The notes under the pieces: model-generated | Seen by the model: only the letters and a program-made list of their open reading frames with translations | What the model was told of the DNA's origin: nothing | Databases searched by the model: none | In this document: positions 1 to 8,633 of the stretch, in pieces | How positions within the stretch are numbered: position 1 is the first letter of the stretch | Layout of the letters: each line of letters opens with the position of its first letter | Made by a program: the position numbers and the translations under genes | Source of the DNA: Atribacterota bacterium | GTDB taxonomy: Bacteria > Atribacterota > Phoenicimicrobiia > Phoenicimicrobiales > Phoenicimicrobiaceae | DNA: 57,820 bases | Assembly: GCA_030605615.1 (NCBI GenBank) | Contig: JAUWHZ010000027.1 | Location: forward strand, 1 to 57,820 | Direction of reading: 5' to 3'

Positions 1-327
1 GGGATACATAACAGGCGACTTATACAGTTCTTAGGACGTTTCGTCGGCGGTTGTTTAGCGGATAAGGGAATGATGTACATCAAACCAAACGGGGACGTAT
101 GGGCATGTCCTTTTATTCCCGTTCGGATGGGTAACGTGCGTGAAGAAGGGCTTGATAAGGTCAGGGAAAGGTTAAGAGGGTGCAAGTTTGAGCACGGCGA
201 AAGTGTGTCGTGGTGTGATGATTGCGAATATCAGCGGATATGTGGTGGTTGTAAGGCACGAATGATGATAGACAATTTAACATATATCTGTCCTGTGCAT
301 GACATATCGGAGCGAGGCACAGTCTAA
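1..327 (+). CDS. Radical SAM/SPASM-domain protein, C-terminal part (runs off window start)
   Basis: Frame open from base 1 (…GGCLADKGMMYIKPNGDVWACPF…CDDCEYQRICGGCKAR…CP), a SPASM Cys pattern. Confidence 0.8.
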   Translation, partial: GIHNRRLIQFLGRFVGGCLADKGMMYIKPNGDVWACPFIPVRMGNVREEGLDKVRERLRGCKFEHGESVSWCDDCEYQRICGGCKARMMIDNLTYICPVHDISERGTV

Positions 328-351
328 AAATCAAGTAAATTCACTGATTTA

Positions 352-450
352 TCACCGCGGAGCGTGCAGACTACGCAGAGTTTTTTAGACTGTTTCAATT
401 ATTGCTCGGGCTTTCTGGTGCCTTTGCGTTCTCCGTGTGCTCTGCGGTGA
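352..450. repeat. Imperfect inverted-repeat doublet (CACCGCRGAG…CGCAGAG type) between convergent genes
   Basis: 352-380 tcaccgcggagcgtgcagactacgcagag is similar to the reverse complement of 422-450. Confidence 0.65.
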
Positions 451-498
451 ATTTTAAGGATTTGGCAAGTTCAAAAAGTAAAATATTACATTAAATTA

Positions 499-1338
499 TT
501 ACATTAAATTTAGCCACTTCTGAATGAGCATTCCAAGAACAATTCCAAACAAAGCAGGGCTTAAAAAGCTGATTACCATCTTAATTCTTTCCTTTTTACT
601 ATCTTTAATAACTAAATGAAAAGTTTTTCCTGGTTTTAATTCCTTAGTTAATAAGTATCCGTTTGAAATTTTTTCTAACTTTATATCCTCTGTATTTTCT
701 ATTTTGAAATTTTCTGCTATATTTACCTCGAAAATAGTATTTTGGACTGATGCACGAAGATATGTTTCTTTATTTAAATGAGTACCTGAAAACTGTGTAT
801 CAAAAAAATACTCCCCCTCCCAAACACCAAAGGATGTCTGTTTAAGAAAAGGTTCGGTATTAACACTCATGGATGGTTGAGATTGCCATACCTGACTCCA
901 CACAGGAACGAATCCATTTTTAATAAAAGATGCTGTTATCAGGTAATCGGGTACATTTTTTCTCATATACTCTTCAGCCTTAGAACGATTAAATGTTTGT
1001 TCAAACCCATTCGCATCTTCCCAGAAGTCAATTTCTTTTGTAAAATTTTCGACTCCTATTTTAAATTCGCTGGTTGACCTCTTGAGTGGTTCTCTTATAC
1101 TAAACTTAATATAGCTAATTGGATTACGCTGCTTTGAAGCTATAGTGGGTTGTTCTTGTTCACCAACACTAATGGAAATATTTACTATATTTGCTTTTGA
1201 AACACTGTAATAGGTTTTTATAGGATCCAAAGAAATTTTATCGTAAAATATTGGAGTTAAAAAAAATAAGTAAGATCCTACTGAAATCAAAAGTAACGCT
1301 ATCAAAATAACTATTTGAGATATCATAATTTTCCCCAT
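499..1338 (-). CDS. Hypothetical membrane-anchored protein (N- and C-terminal TM segments)
   Basis: 279-aa ORF with hydrophobic ends; GGAGGTGA SD just upstream. Confidence 0.7.
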   Translation of the reverse strand: MGKIMISQIVILIALLLISVGSYLFFLTPIFYDKISLDPIKTYYSVSKANIVNISISVGEQEQPTIASKQRNPISYIKFSIREPLKRSTSEFKIGVENFTKEIDFWEDANGFEQTFNRSKAEEYMRKNVPDYLITASFIKNGFVPVWSQVWQSQPSMSVNTEPFLKQTSFGVWEGEYFFDTQFSGTHLNKETYLRASVQNTIFEVNIAENFKIENTEDIKLEKISNGYLLTKELKPGKTFHLVIKDSKKERIKMVISFLSPALFGIVLGMLIQKWLNLM

Positions 1339-1599
1339 TTTTCACCTCCTTATTTTTAAAAAATCTTTATATATAAAACTTGCTATTTTTGCTTACCCAC
1401 CTCTCCTCTGCATTCCCCTTATGGCTATGTTAATATCGTGTGGATTGTGGAATTACCATTTGACGCACTGCTGAACCGGAAGCGAGGACCGGAGTAGGAG
1501 TACCTCTTTCTTTCGCAGAATATTTTTTTGCAACAAGTCTATTTTACAGTTTGCATTTCTTAATATGCCCTTTCTTGTGTTAATCTGTGTAATCTGTGG

Positions 1600-1928
1600 T
1601 TAATAATTTTTGATTGCTCCGGTTTTCTCCTGCAGAATTTTCAGCGCTTCTTTTTCCCGGCTACCGCCGCACTTTTCTACAATACGTGCGTAAAGCGCCA
1701 TCAATTTTTCACGTTCCGCCCGGTCTCGCCCATCTTCCGTTATAGCGTTTCTCGTTGCAATGATAGCAGCTTCTATCACTGCGTTAAGCCCGCGGTTTAT
1801 CGCTTTCACCCCTTTTTGGTTTGTTTTTACTGCGAGGGGCGTCAGTTGAAAAATAAAAGTTTCGCGTGTCTTCTCGCTAAACGCACAGTCGAACAGTATC
1901 CACGAATTCGCTTCTTTTAACACGGGGA
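1600..1928 (-). pseudogene. DUF447-family (archaeal-type) protein, 5'-truncated
   Basis: PVLKEANSWILFDC…AINRGLNAVIEAAIIATR…IVEKCGG matches the DUF447 C-half; the first 17 aa of the ORF-track call are translated REP sequence. Confidence 0.65.
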
Positions 1929-1980
1929 CAGATTTGTCATTTATGTAAAATCTGGTGCCTGGCACAAAACTTGTCATTCA
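1929..1980. repeat. REP array (GTGCCWGGCAC family) abutting the RAYT stop codon
   Basis: caga-tttgtca-ttta-tgtaaaa-tctg-GTGCC-t-GGCAC-aaaa-cttgtca; near copy at 21858-21892. Confidence 0.8.
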
Positions 1981-2841
1981 TGATAGCAAAGAAATTTTAA
2001 TGTTACTTAACCATAGGCTAAAAAGGGGATCAGATTCTATATTCTTTTGCATTTTATTATTTATATTTAGAACAGACTGTCTGGTGATATGAAAAAGACG
2101 AGCTATTTCGGTTATTTTATATCCTTCTTTTACCAGGACGAAAATCAATAAATTTCTCAAATTTTTATTGGTATTAATATTGCCAAAATATTTATCAGCT
2201 TTTGCTAATATATAATCTATGTTTTTAGGTAAAGTAGCTTGGTTAAAGTTTGTTATTTCATTCAAAAGTATATCGATTTTTTTGTTCTTTTCAAAAGAAT
2301 TTTTTTTGATGAAATTAATAAATTCGTTGGTGCTTATTTCACAAAGCTGGAGAAATTCAGTTATTTTTAGCCAGGGAGGTGCATCTTTTTGCGAGATGAA
2401 ATAGCGAAAGCTCCCCCATTTATATTTTTCAGGCTCAGAAGCATCTACCATTCCTGCTTCAACTGGATTTAGATTAATGTAAGAGGAAATATTAAGTAAA
2501 TACTGAAAATTTAAAATAAGGTAACTTTTATATCTATCTTGGAAGAGATGTCCTTTACGCATATGTTTATAATTAAACCAGTGGGCATAAGAGGAATTTA
2601 AAAACTGCATGGCTTGAGAGAGATTTGCTTCTTCTGTCTTTAAAAGAAGGTGAAAGTGAGTATCCATTAGTACGTAGGAAAATAGGTGAACTTTGTGAAA
2701 GTTAACCATTTTTTGTAGGAGTTGTACAAATTTATTTCTATCTACATCATCAGTAAATATAGCAGCTCCTTCCACACCCTTACCAATTATATGATAAATA
2801 GCATTTTTGTCTTCTATATCTGTTCTATTTCTTCTTACCAT
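1978..2841 (-). mobile_element. REP-associated tyrosine transposase (RAYT, Y1_Tnp HUH) with C-terminal HTH
   Basis: YHIIGKG, MDTHFHLL (HUH), GHLFQDRY, YINLNPVEAG (catalytic Tyr region); HTH YKITEIARLFHITRQSV; palindromes on both sides. Confidence 0.9.
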
Positions 2842-2907
2842 AATGAGATTATTATATCTTTTATAAATAAATAGTTCAAGGGATTGTTTTCAGTATAAAA
2901 GCTGCTT

Positions 2908-2948
2908 AAAAGTTAACCAAAGGTGCCTGGCACCTTTGGTTAACTTTT
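2908..2948. repeat. REP palindrome, 20-bp arms
   Basis: aaaagttaaccaaaggtgcc-t-ggcacctttggttaactttt. Confidence 0.95.
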
Positions 2949-3042
2949 TTAAATAAAGTTTTGTTGGAGTTTTAAAAAGAAGTAGTGTATAATTGATTTT
3001 AGTTATTTTTACTACAAAAGTAAGTTAAAGTTTTTTTGATGA

Positions 3043-3159
3043 ATAAAAAAGGATCGAGAAAAGATTGTTCTAGAGATAAAATATAAAGGACTTCGTCTTG
3101 ATGATGAGACTTTAAGAATGATTTACCATGATAATATAGAGAGAATTTTTGTAAAATAA
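3043..3159 (+). pseudogene. Possible gene remnant resembling an amidohydrolase-family C-terminus
   Basis: Frame …KYKGLRLDDETLRMIYHDNIERIFVK* directly after an in-frame TGA, no plausible N-terminal start. Confidence 0.4.
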
Positions 3160-3291
3160 AATAAAATAAATAAGAACCAAAGGTGTTCCATACTATTATT
3201 TATAGCAAGATATCCATTAAATGATACTAAAAGCAAATCTTAATTGCCTTAGCGAATCGAAAAATATTTGAAGATAGGAATGTATTAAGAG

Positions 3292-5139
3292 ATGAAGAAA
3301 TTTTTTGTATTATTATTTGGACTAATTATTTTAATATTAATAGGGGGATGCCAAAATTTGGGAGATTTATTTCCTTTTTTAAATAGAGCACCCATTATAA
3401 CTTCTGAACCTGTTACCACTGCTCTCGAGGGCAATCTGTATTCATATCAGGTAGAGGTTAGTGATCCTGATGGAGATACTCTGACCTATTCTTTTACTCT
3501 CAAGCCAGAGGGAATGAACATTAATGATAAAAATGGTTTAATAACCTGGACGCCAACCAATGATCAGGTAGGAATGCACCAGGTAATTATAGAAATTTCT
3601 GATGGAAAACATAGTGTCCAACAGAACTTTGAAATTGAAGTTGTAAACGTGAATAATCCTCCCCAAATACTTTCTTATTTCCCTGCTAATCTCAGTTTTG
3701 AAATTAATGAAGGAGATTCGGTAAAATTTGAAGTTCAAGCCCACGATATTGACTTAAACACGACTTTAAATTATCAATGGTTTTTAAATGGAAATGAAGT
3801 ATTAAAATCCACTGGTTCAGGAAATGATTCAAAAAGTAGCTGGATTTACTCTTTTGGATATGGAGATTATGGGTTAAAAACAGTAAAGGTTCTAATAAGT
3901 GATGGAGAATTTACAGATAGTGTACAATGGAAAATAAATGTAAAAGATATAACTTCTCCCAATAAACCTACCTTAAGTGATATAATTTCACCTACCAACG
4001 TTTCTTCTCAGATTTTATCAGGGACTAAAGAAACTAATACTTCCATTTGGATTAATGGGAAAGAAGCGGTGCCAATAAATTCCGAGACTACTTGGTCATG
4101 TATTTTTGATTTGTCTGAAGGAAATAATAATATCTCAATTACTTCTCGCGATGCAGCTGGTAACGAAAGCTCCGCAGTAATCGCGACAATCGAATACGAT
4201 CCCAATATCTATGTAGATGCAGGAAATGCCACTGGAACAGAAGATGGGACCAAAACCCACCCCTTTCACACTATAGCCGAGGGGATAGATGCAGTTGCCC
4301 CTGGAAAATCGGTTATAGTAAGTGCAGGGACTTATAATGAACAGCTGGTAGTAAATAAAGGGATTGCCCTCCAGGGTGCTGGAAAGGAATCTGCTTTCAT
4401 AATCGGACTAGGATATGCTGGAAATTTAATTACTATTACAGCTGATAATGTCATAATATCCGGATTTAATATTGATGGCGAATCAGATACAGATATGGGA
4501 ATCTATAGTGACTCATCTTCTTCTATTGAAATATCAGAAAATTTAATCCAAAACCACCAGGATAGTGGAATTTTCTATCAAAGAATAAGCGATGATTATC
4601 CTTCAGGGATATATGTTTATAATAATGAGATATGTCTTAATTCTCAGAACGGAATAAAAGTTATGGAAGCAGGTTCTGGCATTATCGAGAGTAATATCAT
4701 TAGGAAAAATGATTGTGGAATTAAGGTTTCCAATAATGCATCTCTTGAGGTAAAAAAGAATGATATATATGATAATTATGATTCTGGCATTTTTTGTCGG
4801 GAAAGTTCTTCATTATTAATTTGGGAAAATGAGATCAGGACTAATAGTTATGGGATAAGGGTTGGTGAAAAATATAGCGATACTACTAATCCGGATATAG
4901 GAGGAGGAGCTAAAGGTGGAATCGGAAAGAATAATATCACAGGTAACACTTCCAACGGGATTATCAATATGACCGATCACAATATTTTCGCCAAATATAA
5001 CTGGTGGGGAGATGCCAATGGGCCTAAATATCCTGGAAATAATTCAAGTAGTGGCGATTGGGCTTATTGGGATGATGTTAATAATAAAACTGGTGATATT
5101 ATATTTGAAGATTATTTAATTGAACCCCAAACCTTTTAG
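3292..5139 (+). CDS. Lipoprotein with Ig-like repeats and right-handed beta-helix (NosD/pectin-lyase-like) domain
   Basis: Lipobox-like LIGGC; NRAPIITS…DPDGDTLTY Ig motif; YVDA…GTKTHPFHTI; Asn/Gly-Ile ladders; NWWG. Confidence 0.8.
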   Translation: MKKFFVLLFGLIILILIGGCQNLGDLFPFLNRAPIITSEPVTTALEGNLYSYQVEVSDPDGDTLTYSFTLKPEGMNINDKNGLITWTPTNDQVGMHQVIIEISDGKHSVQQNFEIEVVNVNNPPQILSYFPANLSFEINEGDSVKFEVQAHDIDLNTTLNYQWFLNGNEVLKSTGSGNDSKSSWIYSFGYGDYGLKTVKVLISDGEFTDSVQWKINVKDITSPNKPTLSDIISPTNVSSQILSGTKETNTSIWINGKEAVPINSETTWSCIFDLSEGNNNISITSRDAAGNESSAVIATIEYDPNIYVDAGNATGTEDGTKTHPFHTIAEGIDAVAPGKSVIVSAGTYNEQLVVNKGIALQGAGKESAFIIGLGYAGNLITITADNVIISGFNIDGESDTDMGIYSDSSSSIEISENLIQNHQDSGIFYQRISDDYPSGIYVYNNEICLNSQNGIKVMEAGSGIIESNIIRKNDCGIKVSNNASLEVKKNDIYDNYDSGIFCRESSSLLIWENEIRTNSYGIRVGEKYSDTTNPDIGGGAKGGIGKNNITGNTSNGIINMTDHNIFAKYNWWGDANGPKYPGNNSSSGDWAYWDDVNNKTGDIIFEDYLIEPQTF

Positions 5140-5154
5140 ATGAACGTTTCCAGG

Positions 5155-5244
5155 GGGTCCTGGTACCAACTTTACCAAAAGTTAACCAAAGGTGCCAGGC
5201 ACCTTTGGTTAACTTTTCTGGCACAAAAGTTTCCCTTTTTGTGC
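5155..5244. repeat. Multi-unit REP array with perfect palindrome 5177-5217
   Basis: gggtcctGGTACcaactttacc + aaaagttaaccaaaggtgcc-a-ggcacctttggttaactttt + ctGGCACaaaagtttccctttt. Confidence 0.9.
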
Positions 5245-5320
5245 TTGTTTGAAAGATAGTTGTATGGTATGTTATAAAATATAAAAAGATAGACCAAAAC
5301 ATGAGGAAGGAAGAGGAATT

Positions 5321-6418
5321 ATGGACGAGATAAGAAAAAATAAAAATAATATATTAGATGGAGATTTTTCTGGGCTGGATAAAGCTAATATGATAGAGTT
5401 GTTAGAGGAATTTCCTCAGAAGATGAGAGATGCTTTGCGTTTAGGAGAAGAATTTTCTATTCCTACCGCCTTTTCACCTGCTTCTGCCCAGAATTTTAAA
5501 AATATTGTGGTATTGGGAATGGGAGGCTCAGCTATCGGTGGTGATTTATTATCCAATTATTTAGCCGATGAATTATCCATCCCAATAGTAGTTATTCGTG
5601 GTTATGATATTCCAAAATTTGTAAATGAAAATTCTTTGGTGTTTGCAGTCAGTTATTCTGGAAACACTGAAGAGACTCTCTCTGCCTTAAAGAAATGCTT
5701 AGAGGCCAGAGCCAAAGTTGTTGCCTTAACTTCAGGTGGTAAATTTGAAGTTCTTTCCAAAGAAAATAACTTTCCCGTTATTAAAGTTCCAGCGGGGATT
5801 CAGCCTCGAGCCGCTATTTCTTATTTATTCTTTCCTATACTAAAAGTATTAGAAAGGCTGGACTTGATAAAAGAAAGAAATAAAGAAATAGAAGAAACAC
5901 TAAACATTATACAGGAACTTTCCAGAGAATATAGCAGCAAATCTCCGCTTAAAAACAATTTAGCCAAAAAGGTGGCTTTGAGCTTATACCAGCATCTACC
6001 TCTAGTTTGTGGCTCTGAAGGATTATTAGAGGCAGTGGCTATGCGTTGGAAGACCCAGATAAACGAAAATAGTAAATGGCCCTGTTTCTGGAATGTATTT
6101 TCTGAGCTGAATCATAATGAAATAGTCGGTTATGAAATAGAAAATAACATAAATCGACAGGTTAAAATTATTTATCTGGAAGATAAAGAGGGCTCTTTGC
6201 GGATAGAACAAAGGCGAGAGATTACCCGAAAGATTATCGAAGACAAAGTAGCAGAGTTCATAGTTTGTCCCACTAAAGGCAAGGGGAAATTGGCCTGCAT
6301 GTTCTCACTAATCTATTTAGGTGATTTGGTAAGCTATTATTTGGCAATCTTAAATCGGGTTGACCCTTCGCCAGTAGCGTGTATAGAAGATTTAAAAAAA
6401 GAATTAGCCAAACACTGA
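5321..6418 (+). CDS. Bifunctional phosphoglucose/phosphomannose isomerase (SIS)
   Basis: GMGGSAIGG, SYSGNTEET, QPRAA, RWKTQINENSK, ELNHNEI, VDPSPV. Confidence 0.92.
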   Translation: MDEIRKNKNNILDGDFSGLDKANMIELLEEFPQKMRDALRLGEEFSIPTAFSPASAQNFKNIVVLGMGGSAIGGDLLSNYLADELSIPIVVIRGYDIPKFVNENSLVFAVSYSGNTEETLSALKKCLEARAKVVALTSGGKFEVLSKENNFPVIKVPAGIQPRAAISYLFFPILKVLERLDLIKERNKEIEETLNIIQELSREYSSKSPLKNNLAKKVALSLYQHLPLVCGSEGLLEAVAMRWKTQINENSKWPCFWNVFSELNHNEIVGYEIENNINRQVKIIYLEDKEGSLRIEQRREITRKIIEDKVAEFIVCPTKGKGKLACMFSLIYLGDLVSYYLAILNRVDPSPVACIEDLKKELAKH

Positions 6419-6452
6419 GGTAACATTTTGTGCCTGGCACAAAATGTTACCT
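6418..6452. repeat. REP palindrome, variant arms (17 bp)
   Basis: aggtaacattttgtgcc-t-ggcacaaaatgttacct. Confidence 0.9.
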
Positions 6453-6490
6453 TGTTACTCGATTTATTTAAAAAAGAGGAGATTGTTTAT

Positions 6491-7414
6491 TTGAAATATA
6501 TAGAAGTTGGTATCATTGCCTTTGTAGTTTCCTATATCTTAACCCCCTATCTGGCCCGGGTAGGGAAAAAACAGAATATGGTGGATTTACCTGATCATCG
6601 TAAAGTACACGAAGAAGCTATTCCCAATTTAGGGGGAATAGTTATCTTTTTCGGCTTTTTATTGAGTTTGTTGTTTATTGTGCAGATAGAAGGACAGGTT
6701 AAAACCCTTATGGTGGGTGGGGTAATTATTTTGCTATTAGGCATAGTAGATGATATTGCTGACCTTTCTCCCAAACATAAATTTATAATTCAGATGATAC
6801 CAGCATTAATAGTGATTATATATAATAGTGATTTAATAAATAGTTTTATAGTTAATCAATTAAAAAGTCTTGATTTATTAGGTTATCTTCTTTATCCTGT
6901 CTTAATCTTCTGGATAGTAGGGGTCACAAATTCTATAAACCTAATAGATGGTTTAGATGGACTAGCCTGTGGAGTTTCAATTATCACCTTAATAACTTTT
7001 TTTGTTTTGGGTTTGAATCAAAATTTTGAAACCCTTAATCTTATATCTATCGCTCTGGCAGGAAGTATGTTAGCTTTTTTAAAATTTAACTTTTATCCGT
7101 CAAAGATTTTTTTAGGAGATTCAGGCAGCACTTTTAGCGGTTTTATGCTGGCCTCCATAGGGGCTTTGTGGGTGTTAAAAAGTGAAAATGTATTTTTTAT
7201 TTTTATTCCTATTATTATTCTAGCTTTACCTATTTTTGATACCCTGTTTGCTATTTTGAGGAGATACAGGGGCCATCATCCTATTTTTCAGGCTGATAAG
7301 GGCCATCTTCATCATCGTTTTTTGGCTCGAGGATTATCTCATAAAAATGCCGTACTCCTCTTGTGGGGAATAAGCGCCACCTGTAGCATAATCGCCCTTA
7401 TTTTAGCTCTGTAG
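6491..7414 (+). CDS. Undecaprenyl-phosphate GlcNAc-1-phosphate transferase (WecA/TagO, Glycos_transf_4)
   Basis: LGIVDD, NSINLIDGLDGL, FLGDSG, DKGHLHHR; start moved to TTG 6491 after GAGGAG because 6428 lies in the REP. Confidence 0.9.
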   Translation: MKYIEVGIIAFVVSYILTPYLARVGKKQNMVDLPDHRKVHEEAIPNLGGIVIFFGFLLSLLFIVQIEGQVKTLMVGGVIILLLGIVDDIADLSPKHKFIIQMIPALIVIIYNSDLINSFIVNQLKSLDLLGYLLYPVLIFWIVGVTNSINLIDGLDGLACGVSIITLITFFVLGLNQNFETLNLISIALAGSMLAFLKFNFYPSKIFLGDSGSTFSGFMLASIGALWVLKSENVFFIFIPIIILALPIFDTLFAILRRYRGHHPIFQADKGHLHHRFLARGLSHKNAVLLLWGISATCSIIALILAL

Positions 7415-7417
7415 TGT

Positions 7418-7460
7418 AAAAAGTTAACCAAAGGTGCCTGGCACCTTTGGTTAACTTTTT
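7418..7460. repeat. REP palindrome, 21-bp arms
   Basis: aaaaagttaaccaaaggtgcc-t-ggcacctttggttaacttttt. Confidence 0.95.
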
Positions 7461-7481
7461 GTAGCAGAAAGGAAAAGAAAC

Positions 7482-8525
7482 ATGAAATTAAAAAAGAGAA
7501 AAGAGCAAGTAAGTGAAAATGAAAAGACTACCGTTCTGGTTACCGGTGGGGCAGGCTTTATCGGTTCACATATTGTGGATTTATTTATCGAAAATAATTA
7601 TAGGGTGGTAGTAGTTGATGACCTCTCTTCAGGACGAGAAGAAAATTTAAATGAAGATGCCCAATTTTATAAATTAAACATTACTGATAAAAAAGGATTA
7701 GAAGAAGTATTTCAGCAAGAAAGACCTGATTATATCAGTCACCAGGCAGCTCAGATCAGTGTATCTCTCTCGGTAAGAGACCCTTTATTTGATGCCCAGA
7801 CCAATATTTTAGGTTCCTTAAATTTACTACAGTGCTGTGTAAATTATCAGGTTAAAGGAATAGTGTTTGCCTCCAGCGGAGGGACCATTTATGGAGAACC
7901 AGAGCATTTTCCGGTAAGCGAAGCCCATCCCCTCCAACCTTTATCTCCTTATGGAATTAGCAAAGTTACAGTAGAACATTATCTTGATTTTTATAGGAAA
8001 AATTATAATTTCCCTTATGTATCTTTGAGGTATGGAAATGTTTATGGGCCTCGTCAAGACCCTTATGGTGAGGCAGGAGTTATTGCCATATTTATAGAGA
8101 AGATGTTAAAAGGGGAGATCCCCACCATAAATGGTGACGGAGAATATATAAGAGATTATGTTTATGTAGGAGATGTGGCCCGGGCTAATTTACTCGCTAT
8201 CGAAAATATGTTAAAATTAGCTAAAGTTGTTCAGAAAGAAAAAATTGTAGAAGAAACTACGTATAATATTTATAATATTGATAACAATAGTTTTAATTTG
8301 GGCACCGGGGTCGGGGCCTCAGTAAATGAACTTTTTCATCTTTTAAGGGAGATTATAAAATTCCCCCATCCAGCAAATTATGGACCTCCTCGGGCAGGGG
8401 ATTTAAGAAAGAATATCCTGGATTGTCAACTGATCAAAAATGTTTGGGGATGGCAACCAGAAGTTAATTTATCTGAAGGGTTAAAAAAGACAGTCCATTG
8501 GTTTAAAAGGCAGCCCCTTCCTTAA
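7482..8525 (+). CDS. NAD-dependent epimerase (UDP-glucose 4-epimerase-like)
   Basis: VTGGAGFIG, PYGISK (YxxxK), LRYGNVYGPRQDP. Confidence 0.9.
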   Translation: MKLKKRKEQVSENEKTTVLVTGGAGFIGSHIVDLFIENNYRVVVVDDLSSGREENLNEDAQFYKLNITDKKGLEEVFQQERPDYISHQAAQISVSLSVRDPLFDAQTNILGSLNLLQCCVNYQVKGIVFASSGGTIYGEPEHFPVSEAHPLQPLSPYGISKVTVEHYLDFYRKNYNFPYVSLRYGNVYGPRQDPYGEAGVIAIFIEKMLKGEIPTINGDGEYIRDYVYVGDVARANLLAIENMLKLAKVVQKEKIVEETTYNIYNIDNNSFNLGTGVGASVNELFHLLREIIKFPHPANYGPPRAGDLRKNILDCQLIKNVWGWQPEVNLSEGLKKTVHWFKRQPLP

Positions 8526-8633
8526 ATAATTTAAAAAAATGGCTTACAAAAAGAGGATTTTTTTATTTTTTGTAGAATTAAAATATTAACAAGATATAAA
8601 AATATAAATTAAGGAATATTAAGGAATAAATAT

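Noticed and set aside
1462-1505. GC-rich patch upstream of the 499-1338 gene as an integron attC remnant
   Set aside because: Could not find paired RYYYAAC/GTTRRRY ends or a convincing hairpin
5099-5302. Short minus-strand ORFs containing KGAWHL/RCQAP/ARH (also 13612-13839, 15328-15513)
   Set aside because: Read-through of REP palindromes, no protein features
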